From: Salpingoeca rosetta | Lineage: Eukaryota > Protista > Choanoflagellata | DNA length: 64,000 bases | Reading direction: 5' to 3' | Assembly (NCBI GenBank): GCA_033442325.1 | Contig: JAWQFM010000014.1 | Coordinates: 1,018,391 to 1,082,390, forward strand | Part shown: positions 1-21,436 of the stretch, piece by piece | Layout of the letters: the number at the start of each line of letters is the position of its first letter | Position numbering within the stretch: the first letter of the stretch is position 1 | Position numbers and translations under genes: made by a program | Notes under the pieces: model-generated | What the model was told of the DNA's origin: nothing | What the model saw: only the letters and a program-made list of their open reading frames with translations | Databases searched by the model: none

Positions 1-18
1 TGTGTGTGTGTGTGTGTG

Positions 19-68
<50 letters not shown>

Positions 69-203
69 TGTGTGTGTGCGTGTGTGCGTGTGTGTGTGTG
101 TCTGCACGTCTGTCTGTCTGCCTGTGTCTGTACATGTCAGTGCGCGTCTCTCTGTCTGTCATGCAAGTCCAAAGTCACCAGTCCCTCGTCCTGTTCCACA
201 TAC

Positions 204-741
204 CGTGGAGGAGGTCACCCTCTGCATTGGCGTCGATGATGATCGCGTAGCCGATGATGGTGGCAACAATCGCATGAACGAGCGTCCCCAGCCTACCATT
301 GTCGAACAAGTAGACGCACACACGCACACACACACACACACACCATGAATAAGGTGAGTGATATGTCACCATATGCCTCTGCGTCACTTACACAAACCAC
401 CCGCACGGCTGACCTTTCTGTGAGCTGCCAGCGACGCTGCTCCGGGCTTCCCTTTGGCGCGGTCACGTACGGCACAAGCCACTGCAAGCAGACAAGCAAG
501 GCAAGCAAAGGTCAGGCAAGGCAGACACAGGCAGACGAAGGACAGTGACCAAAGGGGTTCCAAACGCACATGCATGTGTTACATCGCAACACCAAGCGCG
601 CGCATGCCACACGGCACACCGCACCTCAGCTGCGATGGCAAGAAAGACGTAGGCGGCGACCGTGGTTGCTGGAACCACCTTCACCCACCACTCCTCCTCC
701 GGTGTCAGCGACGAGAAGCGATCCACCCACATTGACGCCAT
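204..741 (-). CDS. TLC (TRAM/LAG1/CLN8)-like multipass membrane protein, first three exons; gene continues off the left edge
   Basis: ATG at 741. In-frame GT-AG exons ~625-741, ~414-481, 204-292 give MASMWVDRF..VFLAIAAE|WLVPY..RRWQLTER|LGTLVHAIVATIIG. The W..R..T.VHA plus hydrophobic pattern fits the start of a TLC domain. Confidence 0.55.
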
Positions 742-950
742 GGCCGTGTGCGTGTGTCGTGTCGGTGTGCGGTGTTGAGGGGAAAACAGCAAGGCAAGCA
801 GAGGAAGGAGGACTTGTTGTGAATGTGGGGGCGGTGGGTGGGTGGTCAGGTGTTTTATTGATTGGGGCGTGGCGTGGCAGCGAGCGAGCATGGAAGCAAG
901 TGAAGTGAAGAGAAGACAGGAAGGAGAAGCAGCAGCAGCAGCATGTGGTA

Positions 951-3639
<2,689 letters not shown>

Positions 3640-3737
3640 CGTCGTTGTCCTTCCTCTTCTTCTCTCTCCCGTTTTGATTGTGACGAAAGCGGACAACTTT
3701 GACCGTTGCGGACTTCTGTGTGTGCTGCTGTGCTGCG

Positions 3738-6255
3738 ATGGTGGTGGAGAAGGGGAGCGTGCGTGGGCTAGGTCATGCTGGGGATGGTGGTGGCATGTAC
3801 CTGGCTGGGCAGCTGCACGTGCTGGGGGGAACAGGCCCCGCGCGCTTCGTCTTCCAGGATGCCACAGGCGCGTCCATGGTGTGCTTGAAGAGAGAAGGGG
3901 TGGGGTGAGTGGGGGAGCTGTCCGTTAGTGAGCGGAGTGGCGGGAACAATGTGGTGAGTAGGTGTGCGGCATGCACGTGGGCTGCTGTTGCGCTGACAAA
4001 CCTCCTGCGTTGATTCGGGTGATGTATGTGTGCAGGTGAGGTCGTCGCTGAGGTGTGCAGCGATGCACTGGCACACTCACCACTTCCCCTCGCAAGCACC
4101 TCTTCGCGCGTGCTCGTGCGCGCCTTTCGCATCGCGCGCATCATCAGGTAGGGGGGGGGGGGGTGCTGTGTGTGTGTTTCTGTGTCTGTGTGCCTGTGTG
4201 TGTATGTGTATGTGTGTGTTTCTGTGTCTGTGTGCCTATGTGTGTATGTGTATGTGTGTGTGTCTGTGTGTGTGTGTATGTGTGTGTGTCTGTGTCTATC
4301 TGTCTGTCTGTCTGTCTGTGTGTTCTTATTTACGCTGCTAACTCTGACGCACTGGCGCGTGCACACATACACACATGCAGGCCACCAGGAGGCAAAGTGC
4401 AGGGTACGAGCCAGAGTGGCCTCTTCAGCGAATGTCACCGGCTTGGGTTCCGCGTGCGACACGACTTGTACCTGGAGATCTCCACTCTCGTCGTGCTTCG
4501 CCCTCTTCCCACCCGATCAGAACTGCGAAACAGCAGCGACAGCAGCAACGCTACAAGCAGCAATGCTGCAGGCGCCACAAGCGCCACCGGCACAACAGAC
4601 ATTGGTGCTGCGGTCGTGCGCGCGGACGAGGGTGCTGTGGATGTGGAGGGATGCATTGTTGCGATATCGGGGGAGATACGGCTGTCCCACAGCCGCCCGC
4701 CACCCCAGTTTCTCATCGAGCTGCAACCATCAGCGCTGCCGCTCAGGACGCCTCGTAGTGCACAGATCGTCTCGCCTCGTGGCACCGTCTTCGTGAGCAT
4801 TCGCAAGCACACCGCCCTCAAGCACGTGAGTCAGCTGACAGAGACCGTGTGCATGTGCGAGTCTGTATGCGAGTCTGTATGTGTGTGTGTGTATGTATGT
4901 CTGTCTGTGTGTCTGTGTGTGTGTGTCTGTCTGTCTGTCTTGGGTGGGTGTGTCGGATTTCTGCTCGTCGGCTGTGGAAGAGGCAAACATGGCGCGTGTG
5001 CTCGTCCATGCTCATCCTCCATCGCCATCGGTCGCGTGGCAGGTCCTCTCCATTGGTCAGCACGTGGCCATCTCCGCTGCCGTCCCAAAGTTTTACAAAT
5101 CCGTGAGTTGCGTCTCACACGTATCTCGTGTCTCCTTGGGTCTTCGTGATTTGGTGTCCCAACACCCTCACTCGCTCACTCACTCACTCACACACACACA
5201 CACACTCACTCACCCACGCACACACACACACACACCACACGACCCGCCAGCACGATAGAGGCCGCAAGTTGGCGCTGCTGGCGGTGTTGAGCGCCAATCA
5301 CGTGGCCATCGGCAGCGGTCGACCGCAGCGGGTCGCGCGGGCGCCGTGTGACCAGGGACTCGTCTCGTACCGCGGCACCATCACAGACGTACGCCGTGAG
5401 GTTGTTTTCGGGTGAATGTGTGTGTGGGGGGGATGTGTATTGTGTGTATCTTTGTGTGTGTGCGCGTTGTGTGTGTCTGTGTCTGCGTCTGTGTCTGTGT
5501 CTGTGTGCGTGTTGTGTGCTTGTGTCTGCGTCTGTGTTTGAGCTGTTCACTTGTGGTCGTGCAGCATTATGACTGACAGCGTGAGGTTCCGTTCCATGTT
5601 CCCTTATGTAGGCGGCGAGGGCGGTGTGCGGCGTGTTCACCCTGGACGACAAGCTCTTGTTGTACTTGACCAGACCGGCGCACGACCGGTATGCACGAGC
5701 AAGGAAACGTCGTGCGGGTCCACGCACACACACATATACACACATGTACATGTACGCACGTACACGCACGCACACACACACACACGCACACATGCATGCA
5801 CACATACACACACAGCATATACACGCATATATACACACACATGTGCATATACGCACACACATACACACATGTGCATATACACACTCAGACACACTCACAG
5901 CACCATTACCATTCATACCATGTCCATCAGGCTGGTCTTTGGTTTACGAGAGGGAACTGTGATCACAATCACACACGCACACCCGCTGCTCCAGCCACCA
6001 TGCACCCGCCACTCCCTGGATGATGATGACAAAGATCGTGATGATGAAGGCCGTAAACGTGGCAACAGGGGCGTCGCAAGTCATTCGCCCGTGCTGGTTG
6101 GCATCGCCTGCTGTTTGCGAACACACGTCTCCATCACATCGTTTGCCGGCGCACACAAGGATCGAGACAGCAGCGCCAACAGCAGCAGCGTGGCGTGGCA
6201 GCCACCGTCACCAATCATCCACGCCAGCTACGCAGAGTACGGTGACGTGTATGTG

Positions 6256-6288
<33 letters not shown>

Positions 6289-7751
6289 CTGCTGCGCCTC
6301 TCTCCACATGGGTGCTTGCAACGTCCATGCCCAAGCAGTGCATTCACGCGTCTTCTGCTGTGGTGTTCTTTGTGTTTGCATGTGCATTCGCTGCAGGTAC
6401 TTCAACTCGATGCCGTTTCAATACTACCACGCGTTTCTTGACTTTGAGCAGCACACGCTCAACACGTTGACGGTAACAATCTCTGTACCTGTCGCCAACT
6501 CTGGTGTCTGTGATTTGATTGAGGACACGTTTCCTCTGTTTCTTGACGTGATTGCACAGTGTGCTCGTCTCCAACACACACATACACACACGGTATGCAC
6601 ATGCACTCACTCGCTCACTCACTCACTCACTCACTCACTCACTCACTCACTCACTCACTCACTCACTCACTCACTCACGCACGCACGCACGCACACACAC
6701 AACACCACTACGATGGTGGTGTGCAGGGTGCCCGTGCAAGTGCGCGTGTGCGCCGGGCGCTGCTGTCGATCTTCAAGCAAAACGCATCGCCACCACTCCC
6801 GCCCGCCCTCAGTCGAAACTTTTACCGCGAATTCTGCACACACACGCACGGGTGCACTCTGAGGTCGGTGTGAATGCACAACTGTGTGTATGTGTGTTGT
6901 GTGTGTGTGTGTGTCTGTCTGTCTGTCTCTGTCTCTGTTCGTCGGCTATGCCTGTCTTGCCTGGTGCTAAGAAACTCCCTTGCATCGCACAGTGGCATTC
7001 ACATCTCCGTATGCCAACGCTTTCGCTACAGCCGCCCGCTGGACTCGACCACGCCCGATTTTGCGCGCGTGTGGACATGTGTACACGACGTGAAGCGAAA
7101 GACGGCGGAGTTGTGGGCGCCGTTCTCTCCAGAAACGATCACCATCGATCGCCTCACAGACACGCGCGTGCACAGCCTCACATTCACGCAGGTGGTGCTG
7201 CGTGTTAATTGGTCGATTGGCTGCGTGGTTGGTTGATTGTGTGTGGGTGAGTGCGTGTTTCTGTATGTGCGTCGGAGAGAGAGAGAGTGTGTGTGTGTGT
7301 GTCTGTCTGTCTGTGTGTGTGTGTGTGTCTGTGTCTGTGTGTCTGTGTCTGTGTGCGTGTGTGTGGCGGCCACGGCTCGTGATCCCATGGATTGTACGCC
7401 ACACTCATCCCAATTCTTGTTTTCATCTTGCAGTGCGACCTTGGACTTGCTGTCAAGTGCTTGCTTGGCACCGTCATTCTCTCCACCCCCACCTCAACTA
7501 CCACCACCTCCAACCCTTCGTCTTCATCATCATCATCGTCATCATCGTCATCATCGTCATCACCACTGAGCCACCGATGGAAGCTCTCATCTGGCGGTTC
7601 CGACATTTCGCTACTGCTCCCACCGCCACACGCTGCGGCACTGACACCCGGTGATGTTGTGGCCATCCCGGCCTTCAGGGTTGCTGTGGACACGATGATG
7701 TGCGACCTCTCACACCGCCTCGAAGGAGCAAAGTTTCGGGTCCGTTGCACA

Positions 7752-7811
<60 letters not shown>

Positions 7812-8401
7812 CGTGTGTGTATGTGTGTGTTTGTGTTTGTGTTTTGAGCGTACTTGCTTGTGGTTTGGTTCACGTTCGCGTGTGTAGGAATTGCTTCATC
7901 TGACTCACTCATGATATTTTTGCGTTCATCGTTGACACCACTTTCCAGCTGTTGCACTTGGAGCCGCTAACACTGTTCAAGTTCCCTGGCATTCAACCAG
8001 CAGCCATGGTGCGTGACCCTGGCATCATCATTATCGCAGCCATCACACCTGCATGCACACATACACGCATATGAACACACATGAGCTGCCAACCGTGCTT
8101 GTCTTTGTTGATCGCTGGCATGCACACTCACACATACACACAACAACTTACGGCAGCAGCCGCGGGATGTGTGCGCTGGTGACCACCCGAGCAAGGCTGC
8201 AAAAGTTTGCAAGGCCGAAAACACACCGTCTGCCTCTTCATCAGCACATGTGAATGGAACCTCACCACCACCGCGGCCGCTGTGCCTCGAGTCTGGCGTG
8301 TACGTCCTGCTGCTGCATCGCCGAAACACACGCACGCAATCGGGGTTTGAGGTGGACGCAGCCGTACTCTCGCCAACGAACCAAACAGCAGCGCCGCCAC
8401 C

Positions 8402-8458
<57 letters not shown>

Positions 8459-8694
8459 TCCATCATCCCCGCCGGTGCCTTGGACTGTGGATGGCATTGT
8501 GACCATCCCGTTTCCACCATCGAGCGACTACCCGTTGCCAGAACTGTTGCAGGTACACAAGCATGCCATGTTCTGAGCACTTTGCATCGTGCCCGCTCAT
8601 GTGCGTGAGCGAGCGACTTGGTGCGTGTCCACGCTCACACGACATGGACGATATTGCCGACACTCACAACAGACACACATTGTTTTGTGCGTAT

Positions 8695-8740
<46 letters not shown>

Positions 8741-10249
8741 TGTGTGTGTGTGGGTGTGGGTGTGGGTGTGGGTGTGGGTGTGCGTGTGTGTGGGTGTGGG
8801 TGTGGGTGTGTGTGTGGGTGTGCCAATAGGTCTACGGCGTGGACGCTCTTGCTGCGTCAACGGGTCACCAGCACTTGTCGTCGCCATCTTCCCCACCGTT
8901 CCAATCGCCGTCATCGTCGTCGTCATTGTCGTCGACACTGATGACCCGCCCGTCGGTTGGCAGCGGGGTTGCCATCACCTCTCGCGTCACGATGCAATCA
9001 CAAGTGGTGGCACGGCTCCTGCAGCACGCGTCCCTGCGCTCGTACTGTCCACAGCACGTGCGCGCGTGCCTGCATGCAACGAAACGTACTGGTGGCGCCG
9101 TTGTGTCTGTTGTGGGCGTTGTCTCGGAGCGCAGGTTTTCGTATTCGCAGGGCCAGGACAAGGAGATGGACGTGGTGCGCGTGTGTTTGCGCGATGTGCG
9201 CGTGCCGGACGATCGTGTGGATGTGTACTGGCGATTATCTGTTGCACAAGAACAGCTCCTCGGTGTTCGCAATGGCAGGCGTGTCCTCATGTCTCGTCTC
9301 ATCCAGAAGGTAGGGCCATCTGTGTGTGCATGTCTGTGTGGGTCTGTGTCTGTGTGGGTCTGTGTCTGTGTGGGTCTGTGTGGGTCTGTGTGTGTGTGTG
9401 TGTCTGTGTGTGTGTGTGTGTGTGTGTATGTCTGTGTGTGTGTCTGTGTGTGTTGTGTCCCTCTCTCTCTCTCTCCCTCTGTCGGTCTGTCGGTCTGTCT
9501 GCCTGTCCATGTGTTGGCTCACCAATCGCCTTTGCGATAGCTTCTTCTTGTATCTTTCATGTGCGTTTCCTTCCGCAACCACACTCCGTTTCACCTGCTT
9601 TCTCTTACCCCACGTTTGCATGCATGCATGCGTGCATGCATGCACATGTGTGCACGTGCAGGTGTCGACGACAGGCAACCTGTACCTGGAGGCCACGGGG
9701 GCGAGCCAGGTTGAGGTGCTTGGATGCTGTGCCGTGTGGTCCCAACAAGATAAGGATGGGGCTGCAATCACGTCATCGTGTGGAGGCGGAAGACGAGCTG
9801 GGAGTCAACATGCGCGTACTTGCACTGGTGCTCATGACAAGGACAGAAACAATACCATTGACGATGCGTATGTTGATAGTGGTGATGGTGATGATGATGG
9901 TGATGGTGGTGATGATGATGATGATGATGATGATGATGGTTGTGGACGTGGTGATTCCCGAGGGAAGAAGCAGCCCGGACTCAAGTTCCCACCGTCGTGG
10001 CGTGCGCTATGCATGTGCCATCAAGATGGGGGCGTCACAGCAGCATGCGAGTCGGCCACACACGTGGCGCTTGATGTGGCAGACGCTCTTGCTGGTCCGG
10101 GCTCATGTGTGCATGCATGGCAGCGCCAGAACTTGCACGAGGTGCTGGTGTCTGCATCCACCCGCGACCTTGTTGCGTTGCAGAGTATCCAATGCACATG
10201 CAAGCTCCTGCAGATCAACAAGGCATGCAGCTTTGTGCTTGCATCAGTG

Positions 10250-10294
<45 letters not shown>

Positions 10295-11266
10295 GTGTGT
10301 GTGTGTGTGCATGTAACCCGTGTGCGTGTGTATGTAACCCGTGTGCGTGTGTGTAATTCGCACGTGTTTATTCAGTGTGGTCAACTTGTGGGATGCACAC
10401 TCACTCACGTGTACACATCCACGTTGTGTTGTTGCTTTGCCTCTTACGCCAACTCCCCTGCAACTCCATCACCACGTGATCGCAGATTGTGGCGCGAGCC
10501 AAGTGCCCGCTGTGCGGCGGTGTGCTGGCCGCCAACGGCACAGGTGCTTGTGAGTGCGCTGCGATGGGCGCGCACATGACACACCCGCCACGGTCGTCCT
10601 CAGCATCGTCAGCAACACCATCGACGCGCCCTCGCCTGGCCGTGTATGTGTATGCGGAGTGCGACGATGCCACTGGGCGCGTGTATGTGGCGGCATACGA
10701 CGACACTGCCCTTGCCCTGATCCGCTGCTCTGCGATGGACCGCGACAACCTGCTCTCCGTCTGCATTCGTGATGGACAGCAGGAGTACTCGCGCAAGGAC
10801 GGCGCATACAGTACGATGACGCTTGTCTGTTTGTTTGTTTGTTTGTTCGTTCGTTCGTTCGTTCGTTTTATGGTTTTTTTTTTTTGGTTGGTTGGTTGGT
10901 TGTTGTGGTCCTGTGCGCGTGTGTGCGCGTGTGCGTGCGGGTGCATGCATGTGCCTGTGCGCGCGTGTGTGTGCGTGTGCGTGCGGGTGCATGCATGTGC
11001 CTCTGCGTATGCGGTTTTTTTTGTCTTATGTTTCTGCACGTGTGTCTTCGTGCGACCACTGTCTCTATCGATCAGCACGTGTTGTGCTGCTTGCTCGTGA
11101 CTGCGCTTTGTCCATGTCACCCATTTCAGTCTGCTCGATCGCTCACCGCCCGCGCGTGTTTCCGAACATGTTGTACTGGACGTTTCACTTATCCATTCGA
11201 GCAGCCAACCCATTGTTGGTTGACTTGTGCGAGGCGCGAGGCGTCGTTCGCACAGTCAACCTGTAA
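3738..11266 (+). CDS. CTC1: CST complex subunit CTC1 (multi-OB-fold telomere ssDNA-binding protein), multi-exon
   Basis: Collinear CTC1 motifs: LAGQL..FQDATG; [50 protein letters not shown]; RNFYREF; [25 protein letters not shown]|VSTTGNLYL; Zn ribbon CPLCGG..C.C; [12 protein letters not shown]. Stop TAA at 11264-11266. Some internal exon borders are uncertain. Confidence 0.85.
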
Positions 11267-12231
11267 GCACATTGCAGCCAACCTGCCCATCTTCTCTTCT
11301 TCTCACATGCAACAACCTCCAGCCTACATAGCTGTCCCTCCCCTTGCCCCTTGCTTCCTGGCACGCTCCTTGCTTTCCTTTCCTTTCCTGCCTTTCTGCC
11401 TTTGCCTCTCTTCAATTTTCCTTCTGCGCCCATGGATGGCAATTCATTCTCGTCATCCTTCTCCATTGCCCTACCTTGACCAATGCACACACACGCGCGC
11501 ACGCACGCAGGGCGCTCCGCTTCGATTCTATCGTGCCTCCCACTGGTGTCGGGCGTCACAACCAACGACAGCAGCAACGACAACACGAGCAACAGGTGAG
11601 CAGCAGCTTCTTCGTTTGACCGTGCTTCGCATCACCAACAACAGCACACTGTTGCATGATGTGACACGCGCCTCTTCCCTTTGGCCCCTTTCCCTCTGTG
11701 CCACATCACACGCCCGCCGTTGTTTTGAATGTCTTTCTCGTTTCAATGTGTTTGCTGTGACAAATATCATGCGTGCTGTCAGACGTTTCGATTCGTGTCG
11801 GGTTGCCTGCCTGGTTACTTTTGCTTGGTGCCTGTGGCTTGCTTGCCCTTGCCAACCACTCAAGAAACACCGTGTTGTTGTTGTTGTTGTTGCTGTTGTT
11901 GTTGCTGTTGTTGTTGCTGTCATGTGTCAGTAACTCCCTTCCCGCCACCACCACCACTCACAACACGAATCTTGCGTCTGCTTCGCACGCGCTTGTTTCG
12001 CATGCGGGTCTGTGGCCATCCTGTGTTCTTTGTCGAACGATTGCCCCGGCATATCGATGCGTGGAAATGCTAATTTTTTGAAAATGATTGACGAACCCGA
12101 AGGCCGCCACCCCAAGCACAACCGTCTCGCGTTTACGTCTCGATTGCACAGGGGTGCAGGAAGTGGACCTGCGCCAGCGGCTCCACTCGTTGCTCTGAGG
12201 GTTCGATGTGGGATGTGTGGTGAACGACCGG

Positions 12232-12310
12232 TGTGTGTGTTTTGATGCGCGATGTGTGTGTTTTGATGTGCGATGTGTGTGTTTTGATGCACGATGTGTG
12301 TTTGATGCGC
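12232..12310. repeat. 21-bp minisatellite (TGTGTGTGTTTTGATGYRCGA) x~3.7
   Basis: Direct read, intergenic. Confidence 0.9.
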
Positions 12311-13656
12311 TCATTGAACCGTCAAAACAACAAGGTCTTAACACAAGACGCGACAACGCCAACGCGAACCGTGGCGAGGCCTGAGGCACACAAGAACACA
12401 AACGAGAGGGAACAAGGTAACATCAAACCTCGCTGGCGACAACCCTACTGCCTGCAGCACTGCAGCAATGCAGCAGCAACGACATCTCACTGTCTGCACC
12501 TTCAGTGCCTTAAGCACATCCAGCACGCAGGTGTTTCCTGACATCACAACCGTCTGTGTTGCTTGGCAAGGTGTGGCAGTGGTCAGTGTTGTGGTTGGCG
12601 GCGGCAACCTTTGTGGCTTGTTGTGATTGGTTTCACATGCAGACGAAAACGTGGCCTTCCTTCTTCCTCCTCCTCCTTGCCAACCGCGCCCAACCCACGC
12701 ATGATGTTGCATGGCCACCAACATCATCGGCATGGCAGTGATCATGATGACATCCACCAAAACTCAAAACGTCAGCGCCTTTTTTGGTGCGTGTGTGCGT
12801 GTGTGTTTTTGCGTGTGGCGTGGCCATAAACGTCACTTGCGTCAGTCACACGACGGGCGGAAGTGCTTCAGATGCAAAAAGTGCTGGGTGACGGGGGATT
12901 TTGCGGGTGGGGCTTCGCGCGAATGAAATTGATTTCGCGAAGCCTTGTCGTGTGCTATGTTTTTCATGAAATCAAGTCGGCAAATCACATCATGTGCACG
13001 GCAGTCGTCACGTTTCGAGTCTGTTCGCTTCGTTCGAAGCATCGAAGGTGACGAAATTAGTGGATGACGGTTCCGTTGACAGCATTTTGCTGTCATTGAA
13101 ATGTACCCAACCAAAAAGTGCGCTCATCCGGTTCCGGGTGGTTTCCGAGAAGCAATGCAAGACTGATGTCACGATCGCGCGTTTCAATGCGGGTTGGGTC
13201 TGCTCGCGGGTTTGGGTTGCACTTCGTTGGCGTGCAGGCGCTTGATCTTGCGTGTGCATTGCAAATCACAAGCACAAAAAAACAGCACAAGCGCAAGCAC
13301 AGCGAGCGCAAACCAACCAACCGACCAACCGACCCACACAACCAGTTGTAAGCGCAAAGGGTTGTGATCAACGTCGGCTCGTGATCTCATTCATTTTCTC
13401 TTCTCCGTCCCAGCACTCAACAACAACAACACCACCACCACCACCTGCCGTCGCCCACCACCGTCCACCACCCGTTACAACCAACCTTTACGAGTGCCTT
13501 GCTCCTCCTCGCACCACTTTTCCCGCCTTCTTCCTTCGCCTTCCCCAAGCAGTCAATCAACCAAGCGCCAACCAAGGAGAAGATCACCAAGCAAGCTCTC
13601 CTCCCATCACTAGACCAACACAGCAGCGACGTTGCCACGCGAGAGTGCGCGCCAAA

Positions 13657-13700
13657 AAGCACCAAGAGCACCAAGAGCACCAAGAGCACCAAGAGCACCA
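13657..13700. repeat. 9-bp tandem repeat (AGCACCAAG) x~5, upstream of the zinc-finger ATG
   Basis: Direct read. Confidence 0.9.
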
Positions 13701-13817
13701 CTGCCGATAGCTGACGTTCTTGGAACACCCCACCCCCTTCCCCAAGCAACCAAGAAGAACACCACGGCCACGGCAAAGCCACGCACGCCAAGCCTTCCCA
13801 CAACCATCACCACCAAG

Positions 13818-14923
13818 ATGGACTCCATGCCAAGTCTGCCTGTGTCAGGATCCCTTCCATCCCTTGACATGCCGCCAAACCCGCGCATCGGCCAGTGCAA
13901 GTCTGGGTCCCTGTCTTCCCTCGGCTCCCTGGACGAGGTCACATTCCCGCAAGACACCAACAGCGGCACAATCTCCTCGACCTGCACACCCACGGGCACG
14001 GGAATGACGGAAACAGCCACAACCCCGGTGCCGCTGCCACCTGCCGGCACCCTCTCGCCAAACATGCGTGCATGCATGCAAGAAGCGCTCACCTCCTCGG
14101 TGCCGCCCGCCACCAAGTCTCTCACCCACTCGCCTTCGGCCATGTCCCTGACCTCCCTCTGCAGCGAGCCTGACCTCCTGCGTGCCTCCTCTGTGGCTTC
14201 AGCATCGTCGTCCTCCTCCTCCGCCTCTTCTTCAGCCACATCTTCCTCGGCCTCATCCGTCAAGTCTGCCAAGAAGACCAAGAAGAGCGCCAAGCGCTCG
14301 AGGAAGCAGCTCACCGCCGGCAGCAAGCAGCACAAGGCCGCTGCCAAGGCAACGGCCCGCCACCTTGACAATGACGACGACGACGACGCCGCCGCCGACG
14401 ACGACAACAACAACAACAAGAGTGACAGCTTCGTGTGCCCGCACCCCGGCTGCAAGAAGGTGTACCGCCGCCGCAACCACCTGCAGCGCCACGCGCTCAC
14501 ACACAAGAAGACGCCGCTTTTCAAGTGCACCTTTGCGGGCTGTGGTCGCGGCTTCCACCGCAAGGACCACTTCCAGTACCACCTCCGCGTGCACGCCGGC
14601 GACAAGCCGTTCATCTGCGACGAAAAGGACTGCGGCCGTGCCTTCCGCCAGCGCAGCGCCCTCAACCGTCACAAGAAGAGCCACGCCCGCGAGCGCGAGC
14701 GCACCTGCTCCTACTGCAACCGCATCTTCGCCAACACGGAGGACCTCTCCGTGCATGTCTGCGCCATCCACGGGCGCGAGGTGCTCGGAGGCATGCCTGC
14801 AGGCAAGAAGACCACCTCCCCGTCTGTGCCCGTGCCCTTGCCGACCAGCGCCAGCGCCGCCGTGGCCGCCCTATGTCAGCAGCAGTCGAAGCGGGTGAAG
14901 CCCCTCGTCCCCCCGCCCGTATC

Positions 14924-14968
<45 letters not shown>

Positions 14969-15380
14969 ATCCACGCAGGCACTGCAGCAGCAGCAGCGCT
15001 TCCAGGCTTTGTTGGCCCTTCATCAGCAGCTTCAGATGCAGACACAGATGCTTCGCCAACAGATGCACGCGCGCCAAGTGCCACCGCCTCCCCCGCCTCC
15101 TCCGGCTTCTTTGCAGCAGGAGCAGGAGCAACAACAGCAGCAATACGACCAGGACCAGCAGCAGCAGCAGCCAGTGAACCCCTTGCAAGCGCTGCTCCAG
15201 TTCCTGCCACCGCCGCCACCGCCACCATCCGATTCCCGCCCTTCCCCGCTGGCCCCCGTGATGTCAAGCCCTTCATCCACTACCGCGTTCACAGCGACAT
15301 CCGCCTCTGCTGCTGCCACCGGCACACGCGCACCCCTGCGCATCACGCCCAAAAACCTGGCCTTCCCGTTCTTCCCTTGA
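13818..15380 (+). CDS. C2H2 zinc-finger transcription factor (4 fingers; Ser-rich N-terminus, Q/P-rich C-terminus), single exon
   Basis: Fingers CPHPGC..HALTH, CTFAGC..HLRVH (linker AGDKPF), CDEKDC..HKKSH, CSYC..HVCAIH. First in-frame ATG at 13818; basic NLS-like KKTKKSAKRSRK. Confidence 0.92.
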
Positions 15381-16008
15381 GCAGAGACGGTGTGTGTGTG
15401 TGTGTCTGTGATGACACTTTGGCCATCTTGGCGCGTGCGCGCGCTTTTGCAGCATAGCTGTGCTCCAAAGCCAGACTGATTATAATGCTTGATTTCTACA
15501 TTGACGCTGTGGTGTTGCTGGTGTTGCTGGTGTTGACGCTTGTGTCGCTGGTTGCAGCTTGATCTGCCCTATGTTCAGCCTGTGCGCCTTGTTTCTGTGC
15601 TCGTGCGTGTTGGTTTTCCTTGCCTACGCCAATCTTGTGTTGATTCGTCTGTTCGTTGCGCGCATTGTTCTATTGTTTATCGCCTCTCCTTATCCTTATG
15701 CTGGTGTGGATGTTGCTCTGTCACAATGATGACAAGACGCGTGGGAGTGCCCACTTGTTTGAAGTAAACAATCAGATCGTTCAATGACGTGAAAGGGAGG
15801 GGGCGAGGTGTTGAAGAGCTGAAGAGAACAGAGAGGATGCAAAAGCACATCGGCCACGGCGCGAGAGGGCGTTGGAGAATGGACGTTGACGTTAGTAATG
15901 GGCAAACGGAAAGCAGGAGCAGTGCGGAAGCGGCAAGGGAAAGAATTCACATTCGCAAACCAAACGCACAAAGATACGCTGACACACACACACAGACATG
16001 TACACCAT

Positions 16009-16134
<126 letters not shown>

Positions 16135-16144
16135 CGCACACACA

Positions 16145-20959
<4,815 letters not shown>

Positions 20960-21436
20960 CTTTGCTGGTGGCTCGTGGTGAAGAAATTTGTGAATGCTGG
21001 CCCGAAACTTTGTTCGTGATCTGAACCTTTTGTCCTTGCTGGTTGCATCCGCCTGCTCCCTTTCCTCTCCCCTCTCCTCCTCGCTTCTCATCTAGTACTC
21101 AGGCGATCAACCCCATATGTTCAATGAAATGATACACAGACAGACACAGACAACACACACACACACAACTGGGTCAATTAGGATGCAGGAGAGAAAAAGA
21201 AAGCGAATATACGCACACACACACACACACACTCATGCTCCACTCACTCCCACACGCACGCGCACACGCAGAACACGTGTGCCAAGCAGAGCTAGCCATA
21301 CACATATGATTACACAAAAAGAATTATCAACACAACCAACCAAACCAAACCAGCCAACAAAAGCACCCTCCAGCCACCGTGCATACACCATATACTTCTC
21401 CAGCCATCATCCAACCACTGCAGCGCGCGTTGTCGC

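Noticed and set aside
13632-13817. N-terminal extension of the zinc-finger ORF
   Set aside because: Non-ATG start and repeat-derived; likely 5' UTR.
13610-14665. 351-aa antisense ORF over the zinc-finger gene
   Set aside because: Typical shadow of codon bias; no domain signature.
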